Source: Crocosphaera sp.
Lineage (GTDB): Bacteria > Cyanobacteriota > Cyanobacteriia > Cyanobacteriales > Microcystaceae
Assembly: GCA_030066295.1 (NCBI GenBank)
Contig: JASJBX010000016.1
Span: forward strand, 1 to 27,788
DNA length: 27,788 bases
Direction of reading: 5' to 3'
The notes below the pieces were generated by a model. It searched no databases. It was not told the origin of the DNA and saw nothing but the letters and a program-made list of their open reading frames with translations. Of the stretch, positions 14,191-24,026 are shown piece by piece. Position numbers and translations under genes: made by a program. The stretch's first letter is position 1; each line of letters begins with the position of its first letter.

Positions 14191-14223
14191 TCATTGAAAA
14201 CATTAACCAACGGAGAGACACTT

Positions 14224-14673
14224 ATGGAAGACGCAAACACCAGCTTATTACTGAAACGGCCAGTCAACTTAAAAGTTATTGTCACCACTCGCTGGAAAGA
14301 AGAAATGCAGCAACAACTGCAAGCACAAATTAACCAGCTTGACAACCAAATGCAACAAATTGAAATGCAAGGACAACGAGCAATTTCTGAGATTCAAAAA
14401 CAAAGTGTATCTCCTCCCGGTCCTGAAACCACCCAACAAATTGATAATATTCAATTACAGGTGAATCAGAAAAAAAGTGAGTTTTTAGAACGAAAAAATC
14501 AATTCTTACAACAAATGCAGCAAGTACAAGTGGTTGAACTCGAACAAGAAGTGGTTCAAGGACAAATGGAAAGCTTTTTCCGTGTGGAAAAAGGAGATAA
14601 CTTAGTGAAAAAATTAAACGTAGAAATTGTCATTCGTGACGGTGTAATTGAAGAAATTCGCGGAGAAATTTAA
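14224..14673 (+). CDS. Conserved Q-rich coiled-coil protein (possibly YlqD-like)
   Basis: The track ORF starts at TTG 14194; I prefer the ATG at 14224 (MEDANTS...). It has a long Q/E-rich heptad-like stretch and a C-terminal VIRDGVIEEIRGEI. It lies 4-34 nt after aas and is followed by a strong terminator, so it is probably co-transcribed. Confidence 0.55.
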   Translation: MEDANTSLLLKRPVNLKVIVTTRWKEEMQQQLQAQINQLDNQMQQIEMQGQRAISEIQKQSVSPPGPETTQQIDNIQLQVNQKKSEFLERKNQFLQQMQQVQVVELEQEVVQGQMESFFRVEKGDNLVKKLNVEIVIRDGVIEEIRGEI

Positions 14674-14678
14674 CCGAG

Positions 14679-14713
14679 ATAGCCACGTTACTTTACAGAC
14701 GTGGCTATTTTTT
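14679..14713 (+). terminator. Rho-independent terminator
   Basis: A perfect 10-bp stem ATAGCCACGT / ACGTGGCTAT with a 10-nt loop, followed by TTTTT. Confidence 0.75.
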
Positions 14714-14804
14714 ATCGATTAATAATAATTGCAACTAAATTGCTTAAAAATGTGACAGTCTGCAAAAAAATGTTACCCTATAGGTAAAGAGATAAAACTC
14801 ACCT

Positions 14805-15476
14805 ATGCCTTTACCGATCCTAATTGCCGACGACGATCCAGGGATTCGTGTTGCCGTTGCAGACTATTTAGAAATGCACGGTTATGCAGTCATGACCGCC
14901 CAAAATGGAGAGGAAGCCCTTTCCTCAATGCAAACCTATCGTCCCTATTTATTAGTATCAGATATTAAGATGCCACGGAAGGACGGTTACACCTTGGTTA
15001 AAGAACTGCGACAACTGCCCCAGTTCCGCTTACTTCCGGTGGTCTTTTTGACCGAGTGTGACACCACAGACAAGCGCATTCAAGGATATCAAGTGGGCTG
15101 TGATGTCTATTTGCCCAAACCCTTTGAAATGGACGAATTAAAAGCAGTTATCCATAATTTATTGGAACGATCGCAAATCATCCAATCAGAATGGCGGCTT
15201 TCTCAAGAACCGTCTCCTACTCAGACAGCCTCCCAACAACAAGCAGCTGCCCAAATTTCCATTCAAGCAGAAACGAAACGGTTAGGATTAACCCCACGAG
15301 AAGGGGAAGTCCTCGACCTTGTAACCACAGGACTCTCCAATAAAGAAATCGCTCAACACCTTCATTTAAGCGAACGCACCATTGAGAAACATGTTAGTAA
15401 GTTGCTAGACAAAACTGAAACCCGTAACCGCGTCGGGTTAGTCCGTTTCGCTTTAGTCCATCATTTAATCAGTTAA
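14805..15476 (+). CDS. Response regulator, REC plus NarL/LuxR-type HTH
   Basis: REC residues: ADDD, VSDIKMP (phospho-Asp), FLT, LPKPF. A Q-rich linker. LuxR HTH: LTPREGEVLDLVTTGLSNKEIAQHLHLSERTIEKHVSKLL. Confidence 0.9.
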   Translation: MPLPILIADDDPGIRVAVADYLEMHGYAVMTAQNGEEALSSMQTYRPYLLVSDIKMPRKDGYTLVKELRQLPQFRLLPVVFLTECDTTDKRIQGYQVGCDVYLPKPFEMDELKAVIHNLLERSQIIQSEWRLSQEPSPTQTASQQQAAAQISIQAETKRLGLTPREGEVLDLVTTGLSNKEIAQHLHLSERTIEKHVSKLLDKTETRNRVGLVRFALVHHLIS

Positions 15477-15569
15477 CGCGATGTTTCTAGAGAAAAATCC
15501 AGATCACCGACAACTTACCCCCAGTTATGGAACAATAAAAAAGTCTAAGGCGATCGCAATGGAAACAAC

Positions 15570-18500
15570 GTGGGACATTATCGTTTAATTACAGGCATAG
15601 CATTACTGATTGGGTCTTATTGTTTACCTAACCTCATCATAGCTAATGTTGCTGAACCGGTGAGATCAACCCCTTCATCCCCCCTCAAAGTTACCGCAGC
15701 CATTCCCCGTTATTCCCCTCCCACCTACTCAGTGGATAGTCAAGGAAACCCCCACGGGTTCGCCATTGATGTCATGGAAGAAGTGGCCAAACGCGCTAAC
15801 CTCCAAGTCACCTATGAAATCAAAGAAACTTGGAGTGACACTATCAAAGCCTTAGAAACCGGGGAAGTTGATCTGGTTCCGAACATGGGGATAACTTCCA
15901 CTTCTTCCCAAATGTTGATTTATAGCAGTCCCATTGAAATTATCAATATTTGTGTGTTTGTTCTAAGGGATAATAGCAAAATTAAGTCCCTTAATGACTT
16001 ATCCGGAGCAACGATTGCTGTCGTTAAGGAAAATGAAGCCGTTAACCTGTTGGAAAAGCACAAAAACGTTAGCATTGAAACCTTTGAGTCCCCTGAACAC
16101 GCTTTATTCCATTTATTATCCCGACAAGTCGATGGCTTAGCCCATCCTCAACCCCCCATTTGGAACTTAGCCCAGGCTATTTCCCTTGACTATCGCCTGA
16201 CAACCCTCAAACCAACCCTCCAAAAAGTTCCACGGGCGATCGCTGTTCATCGAGATCGCCCAGAATTGCGACAACGATTAGATCACGCCCTCACTGAGCT
16301 TCTTCCCTCTTCAGACTATCAACAAATTTATCAACGCTGGTACGAACCCACTCCCCCCATCACCCTTTCTCCCCTCACCTTAAAGCTTTTAGGGTTGTTG
16401 CTTGTATTGACTGTTATCATCATTGTCCTTTGGCGATTCTATTTGTTGCGATCGATGTATCGTCTCAAACAAACTCAAAAAGCTTTAAAAAAAAGCGAAG
16501 CCCAATATCGGGCCATTGTTGAAGATCAAACCGAGTTAATCTGTCGTTTTTTACCCGATGGAACCTTAACTTTCGTTAATGAAGCCTATTGTCGTTATTT
16601 TGGCCAAGCACGAGAAGACATCCTGTATACTTGTTTTTTTGCCTCCATTCCTCCAGAAAATCAAAGCTGTTTACGTCACAATTTAAGTCGTTTGAGTCTG
16701 GAAACCCCTGTGATCAGTCGTCAACATCCTGTGATTAATGGTGAAGGGGAAAAACGCTGGCAATATTGGATTAATCGGGGACTATTTGATGAAACCGGTA
16801 ACTTAGTCGAAATTCAAGGGGTCGGTCGAGATATTACCGAACAAAAACGCATTGAAGAAGAATTGGCTGATAATTTACAACAATCTCAAGGGTTAAATCA
16901 TATTATTGAACACATTCATCAAAGTCTTGACCTCGAAAGTATTTTAACAACAGCAACCGAAAAAGGGCGAAAAATTTTACACAGCGATCGCGTGGCCGTC
17001 TATCAATTTAATGCTGATTGGAGTGGGGAATTTATTGCTGAATCAGTGGATGAAAAATGGCTTAAATTAGTTAGTAATAATAGCAAAAAAGTCTGGGAAG
17101 ATACTTATTTACAAGAAACAAGGGGAGGAAGGTATAAAGATCATCAAAGTTTGAGGGTAGATAATATTTATACCGTCGGTTATCAACAATGTCATATTGA
17201 ATTCTTGGAACAATTACAGGCAAAAGCTTACATGATTGCCCCTCTTTTTGTTCATCATCAGCTATGGGGATTACTCGCTTGTTATCAAAATTCTCATCCT
17301 CGTCATTGGCAGTCTTCAGAACTAAATTTACTGAATCAAATTGCTCAACAATTAGGACTCGCTATCCAACAATCTGAATTATTACAAGAACTCGAAACGT
17401 CTAAAAATTCTGCTGAAGCGGCCAGTCAGGCTAAAAGTAATTTTTTAGCCCATATGAGTCATGAATTAAGAACCCCATTAAATGCGATCTTAGGCTTTAG
17501 TCAACTGCTAAATAATGATCAAAAATTGGACAAAGAACAGAAAGAATATATTGAGATTATTAATGAAAGTGGTGAACATTTATTAACCCTGATTAAAAGT
17601 ATTTTAGATATGGCCAAAATTGAAGCAGGAGAAATCACCCTTTCCTATCAATCTTTCAACTTACATAAGTTGGTTAAAAATTTAGTCCAAATGTTTAAGC
17701 TAAAAGCACAATCGAAAGGAGTTGATTTAATTTTTGATATTGCAGATAATATTCCTGATTTAATTAGGAGTGATAGCGTAAAATTACGGCAAATTCTGAT
17801 TAATTTACTCAATAATGCCATTAAATTCACTGATAAAGGTAAAGTAATTGTAAGGATCAAAAATCATCCAGAACAGAAAGAAAGAGAAAAACTAAACTTA
17901 CTATTTGAGATTGAAGATACGGGACCGGGAATCGATGGGGAAGAGTTTACTTATTTATTTAAACCTTTTTTCCAAACAAAATTAGGTCGAAAAACGCAAG
18001 AAGGGACAGGATTAGGATTAGCCATTAGCCATGAATTTGTTAATCTTATGGGAGGCAAATTACAAGTGAGTTGTCCTCTCCAGGGAGGCACTATTTTTCA
18101 CTTTATTTTATCCGTAGATGTTCCCCAATCTAGCCAAGAGTATCAAATAGATTATCAACAAAAAATTGTCGGTTTAGCCCCCTATCAACCCACCTATCGT
18201 ATTTTAATTATTGAAGATAATTTTGCCAATCGTAAGGTCTTAAGCAACCTCTTACAACCCCTAGGATTTTTGATTAAAGAAGCTAGTAATGGACAAGAAG
18301 GAGTTAATCTCTGGGAAACCTGGCATCCTGACTTAATTTGGATGGACTTAGAAATGCCAGTTATGGATGGTTATCAAGCCACTCGAATGATTCGTTCTAA
18401 AATGAAAGAAATAGGCTCAAAAAAAATAACCAAAATTATTGCCTTGACCGCTAATGTTTTGGCCGAAAATCGAGAGATGATTCTCAACATCGGCTGTGAT

Positions 18501-18830
18501 GACTTTGTTAGTAAACCCTTTTCTGAGTCGATTATTTTTGAAAAACTTGCCCAACATTTAGGAATTTCTTATCGTTATGATGGCAATTCCATTAATACCC
18601 TTTCTCCAGAGAGGAAACAAATAAACCATTTAAACCATCTCAAAACTCAAATACAATCCTTGTCTCCAGCTTGGCGGGATCAACTCCATCAAAAAGCGGC
18701 TGCAGCCGATGGAGATTCCATATTACAATTAGTTCATGAATTATCCCCCCAGTATAGCGATTTATGTCAAGAGATCATACAATTAGTAGAGAGTTACAGT
18801 TTTGATCAGCTAATGGAAATTAGCCATTAA
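15570..18830 (+). CDS. Hybrid sensor histidine kinase: periplasmic solute-binding (SBP family 3-like) domain, TM, PAS, GAF, HisKA, HATPase, REC, and a C-terminal helical tail
   Basis: GTG start. Signal/TM segment, then an SBP-like region and a second TM (LLGLLLVLTVIIIVLW). PAS: YRAIVEDQTELICRF. GAF: SDRVAVYQF...WGLLACYQ. H-box: FLAHMSHELRTPLN. N/G boxes: NLLNNAIKFT, DTGPGI, GTGLGL. REC: ILIIEDN...WMDLEMPVMDG...LTA...KPF. Confidence 0.9.
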   Translation: MGHYRLITGIALLIGSYCLPNLIIANVAEPVRSTPSSPLKVTAAIPRYSPPTYSVDSQGNPHGFAIDVMEEVAKRANLQVTYEIKETWSDTIKALETGEVDLVPNMGITSTSSQMLIYSSPIEIINICVFVLRDNSKIKSLNDLSGATIAVVKENEAVNLLEKHKNVSIETFESPEHALFHLLSRQVDGLAHPQPPIWNLAQAISLDYRLTTLKPTLQKVPRAIAVHRDRPELRQRLDHALTELLPSSDYQQIYQRWYEPTPPITLSPLTLKLLGLLLVLTVIIIVLWRFYLLRSMYRLKQTQKALKKSEAQYRAIVEDQTELICRFLPDGTLTFVNEAYCRYFGQAREDILYTCFFASIPPENQSCLRHNLSRLSLETPVISRQHPVINGEGEKRWQYWINRGLFDETGNLVEIQGVGRDITEQKRIEEELADNLQQSQGLNHIIEHIHQSLDLESILTTATEKGRKILHSDRVAVYQFNADWSGEFIAESVDEKWLKLVSNNSKKVWEDTYLQETRGGRYKDHQSLRVDNIYTVGYQQCHIEFLEQLQAKAYMIAPLFVHHQLWGLLACYQNSHPRHWQSSELNLLNQIAQQLGLAIQQSELLQELETSKNSAEAASQAKSNFLAHMSHELRTPLNAILGFSQLLNNDQKLDKEQKEYIEIINESGEHLLTLIKSILDMAKIEAGEITLSYQSFNLHKLVKNLVQMFKLKAQSKGVDLIFDIADNIPDLIRSDSVKLRQILINLLNNAIKFTDKGKVIVRIKNHPEQKEREKLNLLFEIEDTGPGIDGEEFTYLFKPFFQTKLGRKTQEGTGLGLAISHEFVNLMGGKLQVSCPLQGGTIFHFILSVDVPQSSQEYQIDYQQKIVGLAPYQPTYRILIIEDNFANRKVLSNLLQPLGFLIKEASNGQEGVNLWETWHPDLIWMDLEMPVMDGYQATRMIRSKMKEIGSKKITKIIALTANVLAENREMILNIGCDDFVSKPFSESIIFEKLAQHLGISYRYDGNSINTLSPERKQINHLNHLKTQIQSLSPAWRDQLHQKAAAADGDSILQLVHELSPQYSDLCQEIIQLVESYSFDQLMEISH

Positions 18831-18893
18831 TAAACCATTTTAGACTTTAGTCGTATTATTGCAAAAATATAATAGGAAACATTACTTTTATTC

Positions 18894-20681
18894 ATGATTA
18901 ATCTTCATGCTTCTGAGACTCCCGCTAATATTCTAATTGTTGATGATAAACCCCCTAATCTCCGAATTTTATCCACCATGTTAATCAAAGCAGGGTATAA
19001 AGTACGAGGGGTTACCAGTGGCAAGATGGCACTCATGGCAGCTAAAACCATGCCCCCCGATATCATCCTCCTAGATATCAAAATGCCCGACCTCGATGGT
19101 TATGAGGTGTGCCAACAACTAAAACAGTTCCCCGAAACCGCCGACATTCCGATTATTTTTCTCAGTGCCTTACAAGACGTAGAAGACAAGGTAAAAGCTT
19201 TTGCAGCAGGAGGGGTAGACTACATTATTAAACCCTTTCAGTTTGAAGAAGTTCTCGCTAGAGTGTCCACCCATTTGGCCTTAAAAAAAGCTCGGTTTCA
19301 ACTGCAGGAATTAAACGAAGAATTAGAAAAACGAGTGAGGGAAAGGACTGCAGACTTAGAAGAAGTTAAAGAAAGACTACTGTTTGATGCCCGCCATGAT
19401 ACTTTAACCAATTTAGCCAATCGTTCCTTATTGTTAGAACGGGTCGATTTAGCCCTAAAACGAGTTCACGAAGAAGAGGATTATCTGTTCGCTGTAACCG
19501 TGATTGATCTCGATCGCTTTAAAATGATTAACGATAGTGATGGCCATCTGGTGGGCGATCGCTTATTGGTTGAGATCGGTCGTACCCTAGAAACCTTAGT
19601 GAGTCCTGCTGATACGGTGGCCCGTCTGGGGGGAGATGAATTTGCCATTCTTCTCGATCCCATTGATGATGTTAACGAAGCTCTCAAAATCGCTCAAGAA
19701 ATCAAAACGGCCTTAACCACTTCATTTTTTATCCAAGAACGAGAAATTTTCACCAGTCCCAGTATTGGTTTAACGATTAGTCTTCCCACTTATCAATCGG
19801 CCATGGAAATTTTGCGAGATGCGGATATCGCCATGGGACAAGCGAAAGAAAAAGGACGAGGCAGATACGAAATTTTTAATCAACAAATGCACGCCCAAGC
19901 GTTAAAATTATTGACCTTGGAAACCGATTTACGACACGGCATCGACAAACAAGAATTTGAGGTTTATTATCAACCCATTATGACCTTAAACTCGGTTAAA
20001 TTAGTGGGGTTTGAAGCGTTAATTCGTTGGCAACATCCCCATAAAGGGTTTATTTCCCCTGCAGAGTTTATCCCCGTTGCCGAAAACACCGGGTTAATTA
20101 TTCCCATTGGGAAAATGGTCTTAGAAAAAGTATGTCAGCAGATCCAAACTTGGAAACAAAAGTTTCCTCAAGCCACGGCTTTAAAAGTAGCAGTCAATTT
20201 ATCCAGTAAACAATTTAATCATACCGAACTCATCCAAGAAATTGACGAAATTCTCGAAAAAACAGGACTAACTCCTAACAATTTAAAACTAGAAATTACC
20301 GAAACCTCTTTAATTGAACATTCCCTAGAAACCATCAAGTTATTAAAACAATTAAAAAAACGAAATTTAGAAATTTGTCTCGATGATTTTGGCACGGGTT
20401 ATTCTTCTTTAAGTTATCTTCATCGCTTTCCCGTCGATACCTTAAAAATTGATCGTTCTTTTATTAATTGTATCGGTAAACCTGAAGAAAATTTAGAAAT
20501 TATTCAATCTATTATTCCCCTAGCTCATAACTTAGGAATGGAAGTGGTAGCAGAAGGCATTGAAACAGAAGAACAATTCAATTATTTACAACAATTAAAC
20601 TGCGATTTTGGTCAAGGATACTTTTTTAATCGCCCTTTACCGGCTCAAGAAGTTGAAAAATTATTACAAGGTGACCCCTAA
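18894..20681 (+). CDS. Response regulator with GGDEF and EAL domains (c-di-GMP turnover)
   Basis: REC: ILIVDD...LLDIKMPDLDG...KPF. A coiled-coil linker. GGDEF: RLGGDEFAIL. EAL: FEALIRW, plus LEITE and DDFGTGYSSL. Confidence 0.9.
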   Translation: MINLHASETPANILIVDDKPPNLRILSTMLIKAGYKVRGVTSGKMALMAAKTMPPDIILLDIKMPDLDGYEVCQQLKQFPETADIPIIFLSALQDVEDKVKAFAAGGVDYIIKPFQFEEVLARVSTHLALKKARFQLQELNEELEKRVRERTADLEEVKERLLFDARHDTLTNLANRSLLLERVDLALKRVHEEEDYLFAVTVIDLDRFKMINDSDGHLVGDRLLVEIGRTLETLVSPADTVARLGGDEFAILLDPIDDVNEALKIAQEIKTALTTSFFIQEREIFTSPSIGLTISLPTYQSAMEILRDADIAMGQAKEKGRGRYEIFNQQMHAQALKLLTLETDLRHGIDKQEFEVYYQPIMTLNSVKLVGFEALIRWQHPHKGFISPAEFIPVAENTGLIIPIGKMVLEKVCQQIQTWKQKFPQATALKVAVNLSSKQFNHTELIQEIDEILEKTGLTPNNLKLEITETSLIEHSLETIKLLKQLKKRNLEICLDDFGTGYSSLSYLHRFPVDTLKIDRSFINCIGKPEENLEIIQSIIPLAHNLGMEVVAEGIETEEQFNYLQQLNCDFGQGYFFNRPLPAQEVEKLLQGDP

Positions 20682-20684
20682 ATT

Positions 20685-21821
<1,137 letters not shown>

Positions 21822-21831
21822 TCAAGAAAAC

Positions 21832-21972
21832 TTAACCAACGGTATAGGCCGCTTTGAGCGCCCAGATAATTAAAGCAGTAATGGCACCTAGAACTAAAAA
21901 GGCTGAAATCGCTACCAAGACAGGCTTGTCAGCCCCTTCAAATTTCATAATGCCACGATTTAAGTCTGACAT
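21832..21972 (-). CDS. Unannotated 46-aa single-pass membrane peptide
   Basis: Hand translation of the minus strand gives ATG (21970-21972) MSDLNRGIMKFEGADKPVLVAISAFLVLGAITALIIWALKAAYTVG, with TAA at 21832-21834. It has one clear TM helix, lies 34 nt upstream of the CNNM gene and is too short for the ORF track. Confidence 0.45.
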   Translation of the reverse strand: MSDLNRGIMKFEGADKPVLVAISAFLVLGAITALIIWALKAAYTVG

Positions 21973-22288
21973 AGCATTGATCCTTATTGATGAATGAGGA
22001 AGGCTTCATTAGCCTCTTTCCCTATCTAGGTTAGCGAAAATTTAACGCCTATGAGTCAAAGAAAATCTAATGAAAATCCCTACCTTAACATATCGTCAGA
22101 ATTCATGAACCTTTCAAATCTTGTCATCGTCTAAATAGGTAAGCTAAAATGAAAACAAGTTAAAGTCATACCGACTTCGCTTTGTAACTTTTCTTTCCAG
22201 TCCCTATGTATTAATCAATACCATTTCTGGGAAAGATAAGAATAGCAACAGACTTTATAAGCAGGTTTAAAGGAGTCATATAGTACCA

Positions 22289-23275
22289 ATGCCCACTGCT
22301 AATGTTAATATCAAAACCAAACAGCCTACGTACTCAGCAGATATGGTGCGGACTTATCTGCACGAGATTGGGCGGGTACCTCTGTTAACCCATGAACAAG
22401 AAATCATTTATGGCAAACAAGTCCAGAGAATGATGAGCTTAGGGGAGAAAAAAGAGGAACTAGCTGAGACTTTAGGGAAAGAACCCACGCTCCAAGAATG
22501 GGCAGAAACGGTCAACCTCGAGGAAAAAGCCCTTCAAAAAGCGTTAGAACAGGGAGAACGGGCGAAAAGAAAGATGATTGAGGCTAATTTGCGCCTGGTG
22601 GTTGCCATTGCCAAGAAATATCAAAAACGGAACATGGAATTTCTCGACCTCATCCAAGAAGGGAGTTTAGGACTGGAGAGGGGTGTGGAGAAATTTGACC
22701 CCACCAAAGGCTATAAATTCTCCACCTATGCCTATTGGTGGATTCGTCAAGCCATCACGAGGGCGATCGCACAGCAAGCGCGGACGATCCGTTTACCGAT
22801 CCATATTACCGAAAAACTGAACAAAATCAAGAAAACCCAGAGAGAACTCTCTCAAACTTTGGGAAGAAGTGCCACCCCTGCTGAAATTGCCCAAGAATTA
22901 GAAATCGAACCCGCACAAATTCGGGAGTTTCTCAGTATTGCTCGTCAACCCATTTCCTTAGATGTCAGAGTAGGAGACAACCAAGATACAGAACTCTCAG
23001 AATTATTAGAAGATCAAGGGGTTTCTCCTGACATTTACATTACGCAAGAACTACTGCGCCAAGACTTGAGTAACCTCATGGCTGAATTAACCCCTCAACA
23101 AAGAACCGTCTTAACCCTACGGTTTGGCCTAGAAGACGGCAAAGAACTGTCCCTGGCCAAAATTGGCAAACGATTAAACATCAGTCGGGAACGGGTTCGC
23201 CAACTAGAACATCAAGCTCTCGCCCAACTAAGAAGACGACGGGCCAACGTCAAAGAATATCTAGCCGCTAGTTAG
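22289..23275 (+). CDS. Group-2 sigma-70 family RNA polymerase sigma factor
   Basis: 328 aa. Region 1.2: [15 protein letters not shown]. Region 2: [54 protein letters not shown]. Region 3: IRLPIH. Region 4.2: [21 protein letters not shown]. It lacks the long region 1.1 of the primary sigma factor. Confidence 0.9.
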   Translation: MPTANVNIKTKQPTYSADMVRTYLHEIGRVPLLTHEQEIIYGKQVQRMMSLGEKKEELAETLGKEPTLQEWAETVNLEEKALQKALEQGERAKRKMIEANLRLVVAIAKKYQKRNMEFLDLIQEGSLGLERGVEKFDPTKGYKFSTYAYWWIRQAITRAIAQQARTIRLPIHITEKLNKIKKTQRELSQTLGRSATPAEIAQELEIEPAQIREFLSIARQPISLDVRVGDNQDTELSELLEDQGVSPDIYITQELLRQDLSNLMAELTPQQRTVLTLRFGLEDGKELSLAKIGKRLNISRERVRQLEHQALAQLRRRRANVKEYLAAS

Positions 23276-23284
23276 AAATACCGA

Positions 23285-23319
23285 GGATAAGCAAGATTTC
23301 CACGCTTATCCTTTTTTTT
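23285..23319 (+). terminator. Rho-independent terminator after the sigma factor gene
   Basis: Stem GGATAAGC (23285-23292) pairs with GCTTATCC (23304-23311) around an 11-nt loop, followed by T8. Confidence 0.75.
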
Positions 23320-23351
23320 GGATAACCTTTCTGCCTTCTGCGCCCTTCAAC

Positions 23352-24026
23352 CTAATTTTTCAAATATCCATCTTCCATGTGAATAATGCGGTCAGCCATA
23401 TCCAAAATACGGTTATCATGGGTAACAAGAAGGATCGTACATCCCTGTTCCTTGGTTAACCTTTCCATAATATCCACCACATCTCGCCCTGTTTTACTAT
23501 CTAAAGCAGCCGTGGGTTCATCGGCTAAGACTAACTTCGGATGACTCACTAAAGCGCGGGCAATAGCCACCCGTTGCCGTTGTCCCCCTGAAAGTTGGTC
23601 TGGATAATAATTAATTCTTTGCCCCAACCCCACCATGTTTAACATCTCTTCCGATTTAGTAATCGCCTCGTCAGTGCTAATGCGATCATGGAGTTCTAGG
23701 GACATTTGTACGTTTTGCCTAGCGGTCAAAAAAGGCAAGAGATTATGGGCTTGAAAAATATAACCCATAAAACGGCGAACCTGCACCAATTTCTGTTCCG
23801 TTGCTCCATTCAGTTCATAATTAATGGTTTGCAAACTCCCGTGCTGAACCGAGCGCAACGCCCCGATTAAAGAGAGCAAAGTGGTTTTACCCGACCCAGA
23901 CGGCCCGGTCATAATCACAATTTCTCCAGGATTAATGTCTAAATTAATATTAAATAAAACTTGTTTTTTTAACTTATCTTGGCCAAAAAAATGATTGAGA
24001 TGTTTTATAGAAATAACCGGTTTCAT
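23352..24026 (-). CDS. devA: DevA-type ABC transporter ATP-binding protein
   Basis: Walker A: GPSGSGKTT. Q-loop. ABC signature: LSGGQRQRVAIARAL. Walker B: LVLADEP. H-loop: VTHD. Size and neighbours (HlyD-type and FtsX-type genes) fit DevA/MacB-like exporters. Confidence 0.85.
   Translation of the reverse strand: MKPVISIKHLNHFFGQDKLKKQVLFNINLDINPGEIVIMTGPSGSGKTTLLSLIGALRSVQHGSLQTINYELNGATEQKLVQVRRFMGYIFQAHNLLPFLTARQNVQMSLELHDRISTDEAITKSEEMLNMVGLGQRINYYPDQLSGGQRQRVAIARALVSHPKLVLADEPTAALDSKTGRDVVDIMERLTKEQGCTILLVTHDNRILDMADRIIHMEDGYLKN

Noticed and set aside
14194-14223. TTG start at 14194 for the coiled-coil protein, and the internal ORFs 14269..14454(-) and 14279..14464(+)
   Set aside because: An ATG at 14224 gives a more conventional start. 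The two internal ORFs are alternative-frame artefacts of a Q/K-rich, A-rich coding region.
18550-18830. The C-terminal tail of the hybrid kinase as an HPt domain
   Set aside because: I see no HxxKG-type phosphorelay histidine motif. It is left as an unassigned helical tail pending a profile search.
17648-19687. ORFs 17648..17860(-) and 19481..19687(-)
   Set aside because: They are antisense shadows inside the kinase and GGDEF-EAL genes.
14805-20681. Reading the RR / hybrid-HK / RR cluster as a Detocs-like two-component defence system
   Set aside because: The output domains are a standard LuxR HTH and GGDEF-EAL, not a nucleotide-depleting or other toxic effector. There is no separate buffer receiver or HPt gene, and the sensor has housekeeping-type SBP/PAS/GAF inputs.
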